The notes: a model not told the origin generated them from the letters alone. A stretch of DNA of 56,177 nucleotides, filler included, from Sluysia triapertura (GCA_046118255.1; 4 parts of 4 records of this genome joined end to end with filler, not necessarily neighbours in it), one strand, 5' to 3'; shown: positions 12,081-26,584, numbered from the whole stretch's first letter. Numbers and translations are program-made.

Positions 12081-13709
12081 AAGTTATCAAATCTTAATGT
12101 ACACTTGAGATTTACTAAAAGAATCTTTTACTAATTCAAATGATAATTTGCTTTTTCTTTACTGTTATTTTATATATAATATTTACGAAGTTCAAATAAC
12201 CAAAATGAAAATACTAAATATCCTAATTAATATTTTTACAACAAAATGGGGGTAATATATAAAAATATGGCCAAAACAAAATTATATAATAATCAAACAA
12301 GTTTAAATAAATATTAAAAATATTTATAAAGTATAGTTTAATCGTGATTATGAAAGTATCTTTATGTCAGGCTAAAGTTTATAAAAGTTTATAATTACAC
12401 ACAATTAGATATAAAACAATTAGATGTAATTTGATTAATTTGTATTCTAAAAATATAATTTTAAACATTATGTTTAAATAAATCAATGTCATAAAGGGCA
12501 GCTAGCGAAAAATCTCTAATTTGGGACAAATCTTTAGCATCTTTTAAGTGATCCTCTATCCAAATATTATCGTTACAAGTTGAGGTTTGTTCTCAAACTA
12601 ATTCGCTTCCTATTATATGAATTTTTATTTTAAAATTATATCTTCTCATTTACAATTTTTAAAAATCGCTAAACTTCACTATTTCCTTGTTTTTTTAGTG
12701 ACAATGCAACAATATACTAATAATAATGATTTATTTGTAACTTTCAAATATTAAAATTACTAGTTTTGAATTGATTATATTATAAATTGTATTTTTACTT
12801 TTTTAAATTATATATTTTTCAAATATTATTAATTTAGAATTAAATATTTTACAAATTATGCACATTAAAAATTTTTAATAGTAAACTAACAAATAAATTG
12901 TTGCTTTTAGATCTATTAATCTGCAATTTTACACTTTACTGTTTTAATGCATATAAAATCATGAATCCGACCTTAGTTTTTTAGAATTTAGGCTATTTAG
13001 CCTACTTTATTATGGAAAACGTTAAAGGCCTTTATTCTCAAAGAAAAAATTTCATAAGCATTTAATATTCATTTCCAAATTCTCTTTCATGACAATCATC
13101 TCATTTTATTATTCTAAGTATGAAAAATTTAGGATTTAATATTTTGAGAATTAATTTAAATTTGATGGCTCAAAATAAGGTTTTCTTTATGTTAGATTTG
13201 TGTGTTTTAATATAAGTGTAAGTTTAAATTTTATGACTATTGTTTACTAACACTTATTACGATAAATTGGAGATGGAAGTTTAAACTTATTTGATTACTG
13301 TTAAAAAATTCGCGTCTTTTTCTTTTAACTAAAGTAAATGAAGCAAACTGAATTAACCAATAAATACTTTATTTATAAAATGTTATTAGCAAATACAAAG
13401 TTCGAATAATGAAATAATTACTTTGATTTTATAAAATTCTTTATGTAAAATTTTATCACATTTAATGTTATTCTGATTCAAAGTAAGAATATTTTTCAAA
13501 ATGAATCGTTTTATATTAACTTAATATATGAATATATATTGAACTTGAATAAACTGTGATTATATCTAATTCAGCCATCTATCTATACTCACGTTTTTCA
13601 TAGTGGTGATGATTTTTAGTTTTTTAATACAATGAAATTGCTTTTTTAATATTATTTTATTCATGTTATAGGTTGTTATTATTTAAAAGTATTTTCAAAA
13701 TTAAGTTAC

Positions 13710-13788
13710 ATTATATTTCCATAACAAAGTATTATATTTCCATAACAAAGTATTATATTTCCATAACAAAGTATTATATTTCCATAAC
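13710..13788. repeat. 21-bp tandem repeat, about 3.8 copies
   Basis: Unit ATTATATTTCCATAACAAAGT, exact copies. Confidence 0.95.
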
Positions 13789-14763
13789 GATGCATAAATA
13801 AATTAAATTTGAATTTTATTGTTTAATTCTATTCATTATTTTTCAGTTATTAAAATAATTGTATATAATGAATAATTTCTTTTGTTGTAATAATTTCATT
13901 AAACATTCTTTTGTATTAATTAAAATAAATCTGTTACTGCATTAATGGATTTATTTACATTTGAATTAATGATTTTACTATTTGTTTTCATTTAAATTTT
14001 AATTAAAACAATTATATTTACATAATTCTATTAAAATAATTTTTACATTTACACTTTTAAATTCTTATTAATTTAGTTACACTTAGTGGAACCACATCTT
14101 TATTGAAAGATCTTACTGAAACAAACTCATAGGCAGTCACAACTTTATCATAGTATTCTTCATTCAATCATTATGTATAAGATTTTAAATAATCTATTTT
14201 AGACTTAGTCCTACTTTGTGATTAAGAGTTTAATTAAGGTTCTAAATTTGGTTGGAGCTTCAAAAGATATTCAGAAGATTCTAGATGTTTTCACCTCATC
14301 ACAATCACTCCCTTTTCTACCTACCTATTCTAATTATTAATGTCTCAAATTTGTTTTTGCTATTAGTAGTAATTTTAAATGTTTTTTTCAATATTTTTCA
14401 AAACATTTTAAATGTATTCTTAAGTGCCCAAATGATGTTTTCATCTTCATTAATCTGTCTTTAATAATGTTTTATTGTGTATCTGTCCATTTCCGTGTCT
14501 ACTCTACCTATTCCAATATTAGGAGTACATGGATATGAGAGTAACTTTCATAAATAAAATTAATAAATTTTTTACAATTACAATAATTAAATTTGAAAGT
14601 TATCTTTATAAAATTTGTGAGTGTTTCATTTTTATTAAATTTTTACTTTTGAAATTTAAAACCAAGTATTACATTTATATTCGACTATTTAAATTAGAAT
14701 CTTAATTCTTAAGGAAGCAAATATGTAATTCAATGTTACACATGATTTTATTTTATAATTTAG

Positions 14764-15102
14764 CTTGTAAACGATTTGGTTCTTAACAACGATCTTGAAC
14801 ACTTATTATGTAAAGCTGAAAGTCTTTATCTTCAGTTGGAACAAATTTGGCCTCAAGTTCCGCAAGATATGAAATTAATTTTAGACTTCAGAAACTGTTC
14901 AAATAGTAAAAGTAATAAATATTGCCCAGTTTCTCCCACTGTTATATCTTCATCACCTGATAATGCAACATTACCAATAGAAAACATTACCAAAACGAAT
15001 CAGAGTTACACAGAATCTTCACACACTTCTTCTGTCAAACAATCTTTAAATGAATATGGTTCCATGGGTTTTGTGGTCCCTGATAATTTTTCATCAAATT
15101 GA
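14764..15102 (+). CDS. TBC1D15: Terminal exon of a TBC1D15/TBC1D17-like Rab GAP
   Basis: TTTAG acceptor, phase 0. LVNDLVLNNDLEHLLCKAESLYLQL matches HINELSMKIDVEDILCKAEAISLQM; Ser-rich tail, TGA stop, AATAAA just downstream. Upstream exons not found. Confidence 0.8.
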   Translation, partial: LVNDLVLNNDLEHLLCKAESLYLQLEQIWPQVPQDMKLILDFRNCSNSKSNKYCPVSPTVISSSPDNATLPIENITKTNQSYTESSHTSSVKQSLNEYGSMGFVVPDNFSSN

Positions 15103-15749
15103 ATGGAAAGAAAAATGATAAATAATAAATAATCGACACCTCAACTTCTTCACTTATTTATTGTTTAAACAGTATGAAATTGAATCAATTTCATTTATAA
15201 ATTTACATGTTTTAAATTTACAGTTATTTCATTATTTTATTAAATTATTTTATTATTACTTATACGTAGATTTCTTTGAAATATCTTTTATTTTTCTTTA
15301 ATAATATTAGAACCACTTAGCAAATCGAACTAATTTATTTCAAGATTTATGTAATTTATAAACATGAACTCAAATAAAATTTAGAATTGCAATGTGGTGA
15401 TAGTAACTTCAGTGTACTAAGTCTGAATTACCTTTTTTAGATTGATTGTATTTTAATTATAACTAAATTTTGATATTTGATTATGACAGTGTACAATTTA
15501 ATTGAGCGTTGATTTTACTACTAAAAAATTTTATTGATTTGAAATTAAAATAAAGCTTTAAAAGTTTTAATCTTTGGATTTTAAAATAATTGATCTTACC
15601 AATAAAGTTTTGTTGAAACCAACGATTTGTTTAATGTTTAATACATTTGAAATCAAATAATACTGATCATTCACTTAATACATTTAATGAAGCAATGGAA
15701 TTATTAAATAGAAATTGTTCGATTGAAATTTATCAAAAACTCATTTTAG

Positions 15750-16110
15750 CTGAGTACTATTTCCAATTAGTTCATCTTTATTCAAATACTTCTTTGAAGG
15801 AAAACAGTGTAAAGTATTTCGAAATTGGACTTACAGTTTGTACTCATACTACACATTTGTTATATTATCGTGTTATGTTTTACAGCAAAATAACAAATTT
15901 TGTTAATTCATTAAATTTAGTAACTTTGTTAATTTTTTTAATTGTTGCAGGCCTTAAGCCCATTTTGTTAAATATAGTACAAACACGTTTAAGTCGTTTT
16001 CGTTTAGTTGAAGTTTATTTAGTTAAAATAATGTATGATAAAAATCCAGAAACAATAAAAATAGCCTTAATTTTTATAAATTAAAATATTTTTTGCCATC
16101 CACACACATT
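15750..16110 (-). repeat. Alpha family copy overlapping the 145-aa plus-strand ORF 15647-16084
   Basis: 15860-16110 aligns with 51950-52190 (TTTTTAATTGTTxCxGGCCTTAAGCCC; GCCATCCACAC vs GCCCTCCACAC). The ORF N-terminus looks TPR/helical-repeat-like. Confidence 0.8.
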
Positions 16111-18096
16111 ATAAAATACATAATAAGATAAGTGATAGGTTATGTACCGTTTATGTTTCAAAAAAATACGTTTCAGAAATATTTAAGATAAATTTCTTTC
16201 TAATTAGAAATATCATATTAATATAAAATAGATATAAATATTAATAATAATAATAATTATTATTATTATAAATGAATAAATAAATATAAAATAACAACTT
16301 AAACATAACTTTTTTCAAAAAAAAAATTTTATAACATCATGTTGATACTATTCTTATCATTATTTATAATTTAAAATGACACGATAATATTTCTTATTAA
16401 ATTTTAATAACATTCAAAATTATAGCTGTAAGGCATTTAAGTAGTTTATAACTGTTTCAGGAAATTAAAATTGAAAAACAATCAAAGATTTTTACACCAA
16501 ATAAATGAAGTAATATATACACTATGTACTATGCACATTTTTATATAAACAAATGCTTTACATTTTATTCTGCTTTTATAATTGTTATAGTTATAATTAT
16601 TTACCATATTATTATGAATATTAATATATAACTCACAATTTATTAAGCATTATTTATTCATTCTTAAATTTTGATAGCTTCATTAATTATTTTCATAATC
16701 AACTGGGAATTATTATTTTAACTTAATATCGAAAATTGCTGTGCATTTTTTTTTGTTTTATTGTATTTATCTTAAAAACAAATCATATTTCATTAGTTTC
16801 ATGAATTAAAAGTGGTAAAATTATTTTACAAGTTGTCCCAAATCTAAAGATAACATATTTTACATTTTTCTCGGTCACTATAGCTTTCAAATAACAGTTC
16901 ATAATGTCAATATGTGATGTTGTCATTTTGAATACGATAAATCAAATTTCGGCTTAATTTTAGTGGTCGTTATGATAAACATTGCCTGAAAGTGGTTCCA
17001 AAACCTTTCATCCACCCACACAATGTTTTCCTACTTTGTATTTACATCATATTAATTATTATATACTCAAATTACAAATTTTATATTTACGCAAAATAAT
17101 ATTAATTTTTACACTTATTATAAAGTTGTTTATTTTCTTTGTTATTTATTTTTACTGTTTTATTTTCTTGACTTTTATTAATTTGATGAATTATACATGA
17201 ATATTGCGCTATTTCTTTCATAACTTTGCTCTTTTGACTAACTAAATTAGCAATATATCGTGTAAATTTGACAATTTCTTACATTTTGGTGTTATATGGG
17301 TGTTATGAATTTTGTTTGTGATGAATGATGTTTTGAAGGAAATTTTGATATTGAATTTTGAAATTTAATATTTATCTTTAGAGTAGAAGTTGGATTTGAG
17401 GACGTATTATTAATTTTATTACGAATGATAATACTAAGTGATATCTTAAGAATTATGAATGTATATGACGAATTTATCGGATAACTCTTTAAACTAAAGC
17501 TTAGTATTTGATCGCTGGATATATTTGGAAAGTATAAAATACACTTAAAATACACTGGTATAAAATACACTATAAAGTATAAAGTACTTAGTACACATCA
17601 TATTCTAAAGATCAAATCAATAAACATCTTAAAATTAATCATTTATAAATAGTTAAATATTTTATTAATTCTCTAATATTATATTTTATTAATTCATTTT
17701 AATAGTCAAATATTTTAATCGGAAAATTATAATTTTTGTTTCGGAAAATTTAATAAAAATTTCAATCATCTTCCAGGTTAGAATTTTATTATTACTAAAT
17801 AAACAGATGGTCACATGCAGAAACTCAATGATGATTTAAGATGGTATCTGTTACAAAAATCAAATAACAAAACTGTCATTAAATAAAATAATAAATTAAG
17901 ATAAAATTTAATTTTTTACTAAGAGTGTAAGTATGTACCAAGCAATAAAATTAAAATTAAAACCACTTATGGTTTTTAATTTGATAAAAACAAAGTTTAG
18001 AACTGAAAATGAGTGTATGAATTAAAGTATATTTTTAGTATATTAATTTTCAAAAAATTAATACCATCTTAACAAAAATGACCTACAAGTGACATG

Positions 18097-18285
18097 TGTG
18101 GTGGTCAACCCAACACTTTAAGAATATTATTCCATTAAGACACAATAAAATCATCCTTCAGAATGTTCACAATTGTTATTATCATCAAACATTTTAAACG
18201 TAAAATTTCACAACAGCAAAATCTTATACATCGGAAATCATCAATCATATACTTAAAAATCAAATTAAAACATTTTAAAATTAAT
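18097..18285 (+). repeat. Dispersed C/A-rich repeat starting TGTGGTGGYCAACC (short copy)
   Basis: Aligns with 46080-46275 (CATCAAACATTTTAAAC, TTCACAACAG, TCAAATTAAAACATTTTAAAA). Confidence 0.8.
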
Positions 18286-18644
18286 CCCCTGGGATCTATA
18301 TTTTATTGAATTATTTTGAGATTGATTTATAGTGAATTATAATTAATTGTTATAAACCATGATTTATATTGTTACATACTCTGTGATGCAGTCGGAATAT
18401 ATTGAGATTCAGACTCATTTAATTGTGTTGCGTAATTGTCGTTAACTTAAAAATTTAAACTCACAACACTCAACATAAAATAGATCCTAATAAGTAACCA
18501 TCTCTTAACTTTCACAATAACTGAATCGAATTTCCTGTTTTCTTAGCAATTATCTAAGCACCATATAAAGAACCACATTTTACTGTCATTTAACACAAAT
18601 CACAAATAATGTAATAAATAATAAACTGTTGCAATGCCTTTAAA

Positions 18645-18775
18645 TAATGATAGTGTAATTGACTATAATAAAACAAAATTGTTAGACGGGGCTGATAATA
18701 CAGTGGATAGAGCATTGAACTGTTCAACGAGGTGCCGGGTTCGATTCCGTTTAGTCCATTTTATGAAGTCTAACA
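18645..18775 (+). repeat. tRNA-derived repeat / pseudo-tRNA (Asn-like) within an inverted-repeat-flanked module
   Basis: 18689-18758: acceptor-like GGGCTGA/TTAGTCC, A-box-like CAGTGGATAGAGC, B-box GGTTCGATTCC, CTGTT loop; D and anticodon stems are broken. Related copies at 18909-18995, 23373-23485, 24020-24077 and possibly 4460-4520 (-). Confidence 0.7.
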
Positions 18776-19812
18776 TTTGGTGAGCTCACATATCGAATAC
18801 CCTTATGATGTGGAATTAGATGATTTACAAGATGGTTGAGGTCAAACCTAATTGAATTTTGTGGAGATTTGTTGGGATAAAGGCCTAAAGTGCCATTTAG
18901 AATAATACTAGTGTAATTGACTATAATAAAACAAAATTGTTCAGTGATCAGAGCATCCAACTGAGCAGCGACAGGGCCCGATTAGTCCATTTTATATTTC
19001 ATTTCATATTTAAATATTCGTATTATTAATAAAGATGCAATTATGGCAAATGTGCACCATAATAGCAGAAAATTGATATCAATGTGTAATCCTGACACTT
19101 GACATTACACCGTCATTTATTCAGATTGATGCCGCATTTCCTTCACGGTCGGCAGGTTGGCTTCTTCTGTCAATAATCGGAAAATGGAGGAACTTCATAT
19201 TTGACTCCTAAATTAGCGAGACTGGCATCATCTCGAATAAAAATGGAATTTATAACTCACATTAATTATTTAGCATTGCTGAAATAATGCTATCCTTGTT
19301 TCTTTCTACTTTAACAGAAAATACATCTATCTGAATAGAGATTGGTTGATTTCCCATTTTCGAAAAACCAATGTTTGATTAAAATCACAAAACATTGAGT
19401 TGACAAAAGATTTATTTTTACAATAAATGTGTCAAACTTGCAATATTGAATTGTTTAATATTTCCAAAAAAAGTTTATTCACGTGACATTCTAAAAATAG
19501 AAATAAATTTTTTTCGGTCATAAATGATTTTGTTTTGCTGATTCTGGAACAATTACAAATAACAAATAGAATATTTTAAATGTCGTCTAATAAACCATCT
19601 ATTTTAATATTTTAAGTCAAGATTTTACGTTATTGATACTAATACTTTAAAGGGTCAAATTTAGTATAAATTTAAACTACTTTCTAATATCAGTAGCAAA
19701 AATTTATTTAAATATATAATACGTTATTACAGACATTTTAAAATTACTAAAATAGAGATTTTTTTGGAAATATTAAGCATTTAATATTATGTTACATGTT
19801 TGTCTGTTATTT

Positions 19813-19878
19813 TTATAAATCACCGAGTTGAACTAATTTATGAAAATCTGACGCCAACTCAGCATCCCAAAATATGGC
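19813..19878 (-). CDS. LRP2BP: LRP2-binding protein, terminal exon
   Basis: TTCAG acceptor; AIFWDAELASDFHKLVQLGDL* corresponds to [21 protein letters not shown]; phase 0 matches the previous donor. Confidence 0.8.
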   Translation of the reverse strand, partial: AIFWDAELASDFHKLVQLGDL

Positions 19879-19954
19879 CTGAATTGTAAAATTAAATCAA
19901 TAATAATAATGATAATAATAATTCTAGTAATGTTATAAAAGCAGATCAACTAAC

Positions 19955-20126
19955 TCGTTTGAAAAATATAATACTGATTTTCTGATTACATTTAACTCCA
20001 AGACCACGTTGGAGACAGAGACCATAGATAAAGCAAGCTATTGCAATGCCTTTGTAGACGTATTCTTTGATAACAGTGGTACTTCGTGGCATAGCACTTA
20101 AATCTTTTTCTTCTATAATACCAACT
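19955..20126 (-). CDS. LRP2BP: LRP2-binding protein exon (SEL1-like repeats)
   Basis: [28 protein letters not shown] matches [20 protein letters not shown]; 172 nt, phase consistent. Confidence 0.9.
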
Positions 20127-20649
20127 CTGACAATGATAATTTGAACAATTTTAAAAATTACATTTTACTGATTATTGTAAATAGTAAATTACATTTATTG
20201 AATAAAAGAAGAAATATCAGCGATGCAGTAATGATTGTATTTATCACATTAGCAACAACTTCTATTATTATTACAGTACACTGACTAGCAATACAGCAAC
20301 AACAACAACAACAACAACTAGTTGCCAACTTGCCAAATTAACAATTATCTACTGATAAATTTTAATAATATTATTTGTTATTTCACATTCAGCTTTTACA
20401 TTTCAAGTTAAACCTTTTCAAATCGAATATTTCCGTCGAATATTAGTTACTCTCCAGAAACAACTGCTGTGTAATAGTGGTGTATCCTTACTTTAAAATG
20501 ATCCCAATGACATTTTTCTCGCAAAATACAATAAATAACTCGTAAAAATAACAATCATTCACAATTCAATCCTCATACCTCTGGAACATGTTCAATGTGT
20601 CAACTTGCAGAGCAATAACTGATAATCAACTATCAAATAACAATTAAAC

Positions 20650-20902
20650 TCATCATCATCATCATTAACATCATCATCATTATCATCATCATCATTAACA
20701 TCATCATCATTAACATCATCATTACCATCATTATTATTATCATCATTATCATTATTATTATCATCATTATTATTATTATTATTATTATCATTATTATCAT
20801 CATCATCATCATTACCAGTATTATCATTAACATTATCAACAATATCATTATTATCATCATTATTACTATCATCATCATCATTATTATTATTATCACATTT
20901 AT
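20650..20902. repeat. (ATC/ATT)n microsatellite abutting gap 20903-21111
   Basis: Direct inspection; the poly-D/N and poly-M/I ORFs here are repeat artefacts. Confidence 0.9.
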
Positions 20903-22147
20903 NNNNNNNNNNNNNNNNNNNNNNNNNNNNNNNNNNNNNNNNNNNNNNNNNNNNNNNNNNNNNNNNNNNNNNNNNNNNNNNNNNNNNNNNNNNNNNNNNN
21001 NNNNNNNNNNNNNNNNNNNNNNNNNNNNNNNNNNNNNNNNNNNNNNNNNNNNNNNNNNNNNNNNNNNNNNNNNNNNNNNNNNNNNNNNNNNNNNNNNNNN
21101 NNNNNNNNNNNTTACCATTTTCGATCATAGTATAATAATAATAATAATATTAATATAATAACAACAACAATATCAACAATATTAACAATAATAATGATTG
21201 TAACATCAATAAGAACGCCTACAGTAAAACAGCCCCTCAAAATTCAATTACCCACAATTAAAGTTCATTAGACTACTTCACACTCTCAGCACCACTTCAT
21301 GTTTCACTGCGAGTTGTGATAAACTGAGCTGTCAAATTACACAGTTTTAATAATTTATAACTATAATTATATTTATTGCAAATATTATAATTACAATAAT
21401 TATTATTATTATTAATTTATTATTATTATCGCTATCGCTATTATTATTATCACTATTAATATTAATATTATTATTATTGTAAAAAATTAATTTATTATGG
21501 ATATGTGGTTATAAAATGTGTGTGTGATGAAATGAACTCTTAATCTCTGATAATAATCTGAACTTCTTTAATAATATTTTCACTTTAATATATATTTATG
21601 AAACTTTTTAGTTGTAAACATTCGAATACGCTCAAACGAACTATATATATATATATATAAGGTAATAGCTCTATCTTTATATACTTCAAATCAAGATTCA
21701 AATGCTAAATTTTTATTGACAAACTTTTCTAATTAGACACCACATCAATATATTGATTCTAATTTATCTGAAGATATGATTAATATTAAAGTAAACTTCT
21801 ATTAATTTCTTTTATAAATTATTTATATACTTTATCTTATCTGGACGTGTGAATTCAAATACTCGTCCCAACTATTCGGGATAGAAGTGTTAAATAATCG
21901 ATTCAATTAAACTATCGTTACTGTCGGATAGGCCTCTATAATCATTACTATCATTATTATCACCATTATTATTATCATCATTATCACGATTATTATTATC
22001 ACGATTGTTATTATCATTATCATTATTACTATGATCACTATTATTAACAATACTTGCATATTATCATAATTAACACTATTATTATCATTATTATTATCAT
22101 TATCATTATTAATATTATTACTATTATTGATATCGTTATTAACACTA

Positions 22148-22482
22148 TAATAAACTCTGTATTATCATTATTATTATTATTACTATGACGAGTCCATAAA
22201 ATACCTCGTCTAATAAACTCTGTATTATCATTATTATTATTATTACTATGACGAGTCCATAAAATACCTCGTCTAATAAACTCTATATTATCATTATTAT
22301 TATTATTATTAATATGATGAGTCCATAAAATATCTCGTCTAATAAACTCTATATTATCATTATTATTATTATTATTAATATGACGAGTCCATAAAATACC
22401 TCGTCTAATAAACTCTGTATTATCATTATTATTATTATTATTACTATGATGAGTCCATAAAATATCTCGTCTAATAAACTCT
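22148..22482. repeat. Minisatellite, 5 units of 63/63/66/66/66 nt
   Basis: Unit TAATAAACTCTRTATTATC(ATT)n..ATGAYGAGTCCATAAAATAYCTCGTC; sits just inside an LRP2BP intron. Confidence 0.95.
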
Positions 22483-22493
22483 AAATCACTAAC

Positions 22494-22665
22494 TGAGCTC
22501 CAAGATCGGCTGCCTTGGTGAACAGTTTTCTTTTGTAAAATAGATATGTCAAATTTCCTTGTGCAAATATACTACCTCTATTGGCTGCTTCGTGCAAACA
22601 AATCAGAGCAGCTTCCCAGTTGACAGGTACTCCTATACCATGGAGGTACATAACACCGATAGCAG
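22494..22665 (-). CDS. LRP2BP: LRP2-binding protein exon (SEL1-like repeats)
   Basis: AIGVMYLHGIGVPVNWEAALICLHEAANRGSIFAQGNL matches [46 protein letters not shown]. Confidence 0.92.
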
Positions 22666-22799
22666 CTTAAATTAAAATGAAATAACATAGTGGAAATTTA
22701 ATGGAGTATTTTAATTAGCCGCACTATTATCATTATTATTATTATCATTATTATTATTATTTGTTTTAATTATCAATTTTAATAACACTTATCGTTTGG

Positions 22800-23010
22800 A
22801 TTGGTTGGAATATGCACATTGGCTTTGTTGTGTACAATAATATGATAGGTTGAAATGATTTTATCAGTTTTGAGGTTTTACGTGTTGTGATTGGTTATGC
22901 GGGATTACATCATAATTCTTGGGTTTATATTATTAGGTTTGTGCACAATTCCAGGAACAATAAGATTATTAAATGTATACTGATCTGGTGACTACACACT
23001 AAAGGGATGC
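22800..23010 (-). mobile_element. Degenerate non-LTR retrotransposon RT N-terminal fragment
   Basis: Frameshifted peptides TFNNLIVPGIV and KSFQPIILL resemble LFNxxLxxGxxP and YRPISLL. Confidence 0.4.
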
Positions 23011-24520
23011 ATGCCATCCTAATAATTAATAATCGAATTCATCCAATAAATACGAAATTGATGAACAAAATGAAGACGTCCATCTGGTACATTAAATTTA
23101 TTCAAAATATTACTCAGAAATGTCATATCTTATTTGCCGATATCAGATAAAGCAGCTCTAAATGGTTCACTTATAAATGAAGTTGTTTTTTTTATAGTTT
23201 ATGACTCAGATTTATCATTTGTGCTTTCATTGTTTAAACTCTACTCGATGAATGTCATCTAAAACGTATCCTTTGTAGTTTATATTTGCTAACATAATAA
23301 TGGCTAAATAAATAAATACATACGAGTAACTTTTCTACTCACGTGTGATATCAAAATGTCTGGGTACAGGCTAATGATAGTGTAAATGACTATAATAAAA
23401 TAAAATTGTTAGACATGGTCAAAGCATCGAACTGCACAGCTCTGAAGCGAAATGTGCGGTCGGTCCCTTTGAGAAGTCTAACAATGGTCTTTATATATAA
23501 ATTCATGAAATCGCAAATGATAAATATCAATGATCATATATTCACTCTATTCCGTGCAATATCCCACTTAACTATTAATTCTCGTACCTTAGGGTTTCCT
23601 CTTCTTTTTTGTGGTGAACAATATTATGTTTCGTTCTTTTCCCCCTTTAATACATTAATAAAGTCCTTTGAATTTTCCAATACAACAGCAACCATGAATA
23701 TCTCTTCTTCTTTATGAATGTTTGTAAATCTTCCAATTTTTCCCTTTATGTAATGAATTGTTAAATTATTCAAATATTTCTCTCCTTTTTTCTATGAATG
23801 CTTGTGTATCTTTTGTTGAATATAACTGCGTGTGCTAATATACCTATAATAAAATAATACTTATAATACAATAGAATATGTACCTATTTCCATGAATGTA
23901 CCTCTTATATATTTTTCCTTTCCTATATAATTTAACTATGTTGCTCTTTATGAATGTATATAAATAATCTTGAACGCACTTCAGTCCTGGACCAAACATC
24001 CTTATTTACGTTCATCGAATTAAACAGCTGTTAAGCGAGAGGTGCCAGGTTCGATTCCCGGGATTGAAGCCTAACAAAAACACCATTTTCAAAACATCAA
24101 TCAAAAGATATTGATGCTCTTTTCAGTTCAATTTGTGATGATGAAGACAAAATGAAAATGTAACACACACCAAATGCCTAATTTATCAATGCTATTTTAA
24201 ATAAATTCAATATTTCAAATGTAATGAAACTAATATTATAGATGTCTCAAAGAATATCTGGACAGGAATTTTATAATTCGAGCCGAAATACCTGAACTTA
24301 CCATCTTGAGCGACTCGACGAATATTTACAATACATCATAATACATCATCCATACAAAAATATTTAAATATAACTGGACACTAAATTAGACATCTATTTC
24401 GATCATGCAGCGCACATTTTCTTAGTGATGCACAGAATGATAATTAAATGTTTATTTTATAATGATAATGATGATGATTGATCACCAACTTGTGTGTCCT
24501 CAGAAAAGTAAACCTAACTA

Positions 24521-24739
<219 letters not shown>

Positions 24740-26218
24740 TCAACCAATGAAATCAAGGAAAAATTGTTCATAATTGATGTGTTTTTGTGTAAAAATGCTT
24801 AATCTACAATCACAAATGAGCAAATTCTCAGATTTAGAAAAGGTTTGAAAGTCAATAATTGTACTTACTTGTTAGAAATTATTATTTATAATTGATTTTG
24901 AATCCTTTATTAGAACAGGTTTGAAAAATATTGATTTTATAAACCTTTTTAAATTACCCAACCCTAAATTTTATAACCTTAATTAAATAAGGATTGAAAT
25001 CGGACGCTGATAATTTATGTTATAATAATAATAATAATAATAATTATAATAATAATAATAATAATAATAGTAATAATAATAAAGCCTTAGTTTTTAAATA
25101 TATTGAGTAAATAAATATAAATAAATACACAATTTGATAAAAATAATAATCAATAAAAATTTTATTGAATTAATTACGTCAACTAATTCAAAACCAATAA
25201 TATTTTAATTGGGATTTTATTGGTGAATTTAAAATAGCTTTGAAAATGATTTAAAGATTTTTGCGCACTTCTTAAAATTTGCATACACTTATGTAATATA
25301 AACTAACTGACATAATTTGATCGCAATTTGGTAGGAGCACGTTTCAAGAGTATAATTGGTAGTTATATTGATATTTAATTCCTTGAATAAAAATTGTAAT
25401 AATCCTCTAGATGTTTAAAAAGTTAAAATTATTCGCGTATTTTTATGCATATTAGCACTATTTCATCAATGACCTTACAAGTAAAAAGTACTTTATATAT
25501 TTAATTGCTGAGTATAATCTTATGCAAATAGCTAAAACTGGGTCCACTTACGTTCCTCGATTTAAACTTAAGCGACGTGTAGTTAAGATTTAATATCCGT
25601 ATGTCTCAAGAGTCTACTTAATAATTCAATTATCCTACTGACTTACAAGGGACCTTATTAACCTATTCGTATTATCTTAGCTTTATGAATGGAGTCTGCA
25701 GTTCTTCTTGATTATCAAATTCTTAATTGAGTTCTAATTATCTCGAGTACTATCTGAATTCTCGATATCACTAATTCCTTTAGATTCTTAAAAATTCTTA
25801 TATCTCTAATTCAGATTAAAGCTTAAGTATATAAGGTAAACAAGTAGCGATTAACGTTTCAATTGATTATCAAAGACAAACTTAATGTTGCGAACTAAAT
25901 GGAGAATATGTTATTGTCGAGTCACTCGATGCTCCACTTGAAGATGATCATGCATGTTACAAGAATGAATTTACATTTTAGACACGGTATATGATGAAAA
26001 TGAAGTCCTACTAGCACTAGTTCAAAAGTTAAGAGAGCTAGTTTCGTGTTTAGGAGGAAGTGATGACGTTACATCAGGATGCAGAAGCAAAGCTTTTGTA
26101 GAAATGTTTTTTACAAATATTTTGATTAACTCACGGCAAAACCACATCGCCGAGTATAAAAGCTCTCTTATTTAAAATTCTGAGAGATAATAAACATTTA
26201 AATTTACGTTTTGATATT

Positions 26219-26526
26219 ATGAACACATCTAGTTTTACAATTTTTGAAAATCCTACAAGTAACATGTTAATTGAATATCTGTCTATCGAACCTCAAATGG
26301 AGTCGTGTATTTGTATTTCTATTTCTATTTTCATAAGTCTTTTAATGATAAATAATCTTTTAATGTTTGATAACTTTTCGATACTTAATTTCGTACGGGA
26401 CCTTAAATCCCCAATATTTGGTGGCAAATTAATTCAAAGTAATAAGAATAATCAACTTTTAGAAGTAATTTCAGTATTTGTAAATTTTCTTAAATATGTT
26501 AATAAACTAAAATCAAAATTCCAAAA

Positions 26527-26530
<4 letters not shown>
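26219..26530 (-). repeat. Alpha family copy (plus-strand ORF with DLKSPIFGGKL)
   Basis: GGGACCTTAAATCCC at 26397-26411; SSFT, DLKS and NKLKSK align with the 1063 and 51277 ORFs. Confidence 0.65.

Positions 26531-26584
<54 letters not shown>

Noticed and set aside
20592-21128. 178-aa and 161-aa ORFs
   Set aside because: Translation of a trinucleotide microsatellite plus N gap.
22186-22210. Hammerhead-like TGACGAGTCC / TGATGAGTCC in the minisatellite and TGAGTCC in alpha heads
   Set aside because: No CTGA core and no GGAC-GAAA segment, so the catalytic core cannot form.
22148-22482. CRISPR-like array
   Set aside because: Spacers are not unique, the context is eukaryotic and there are no cas genes.
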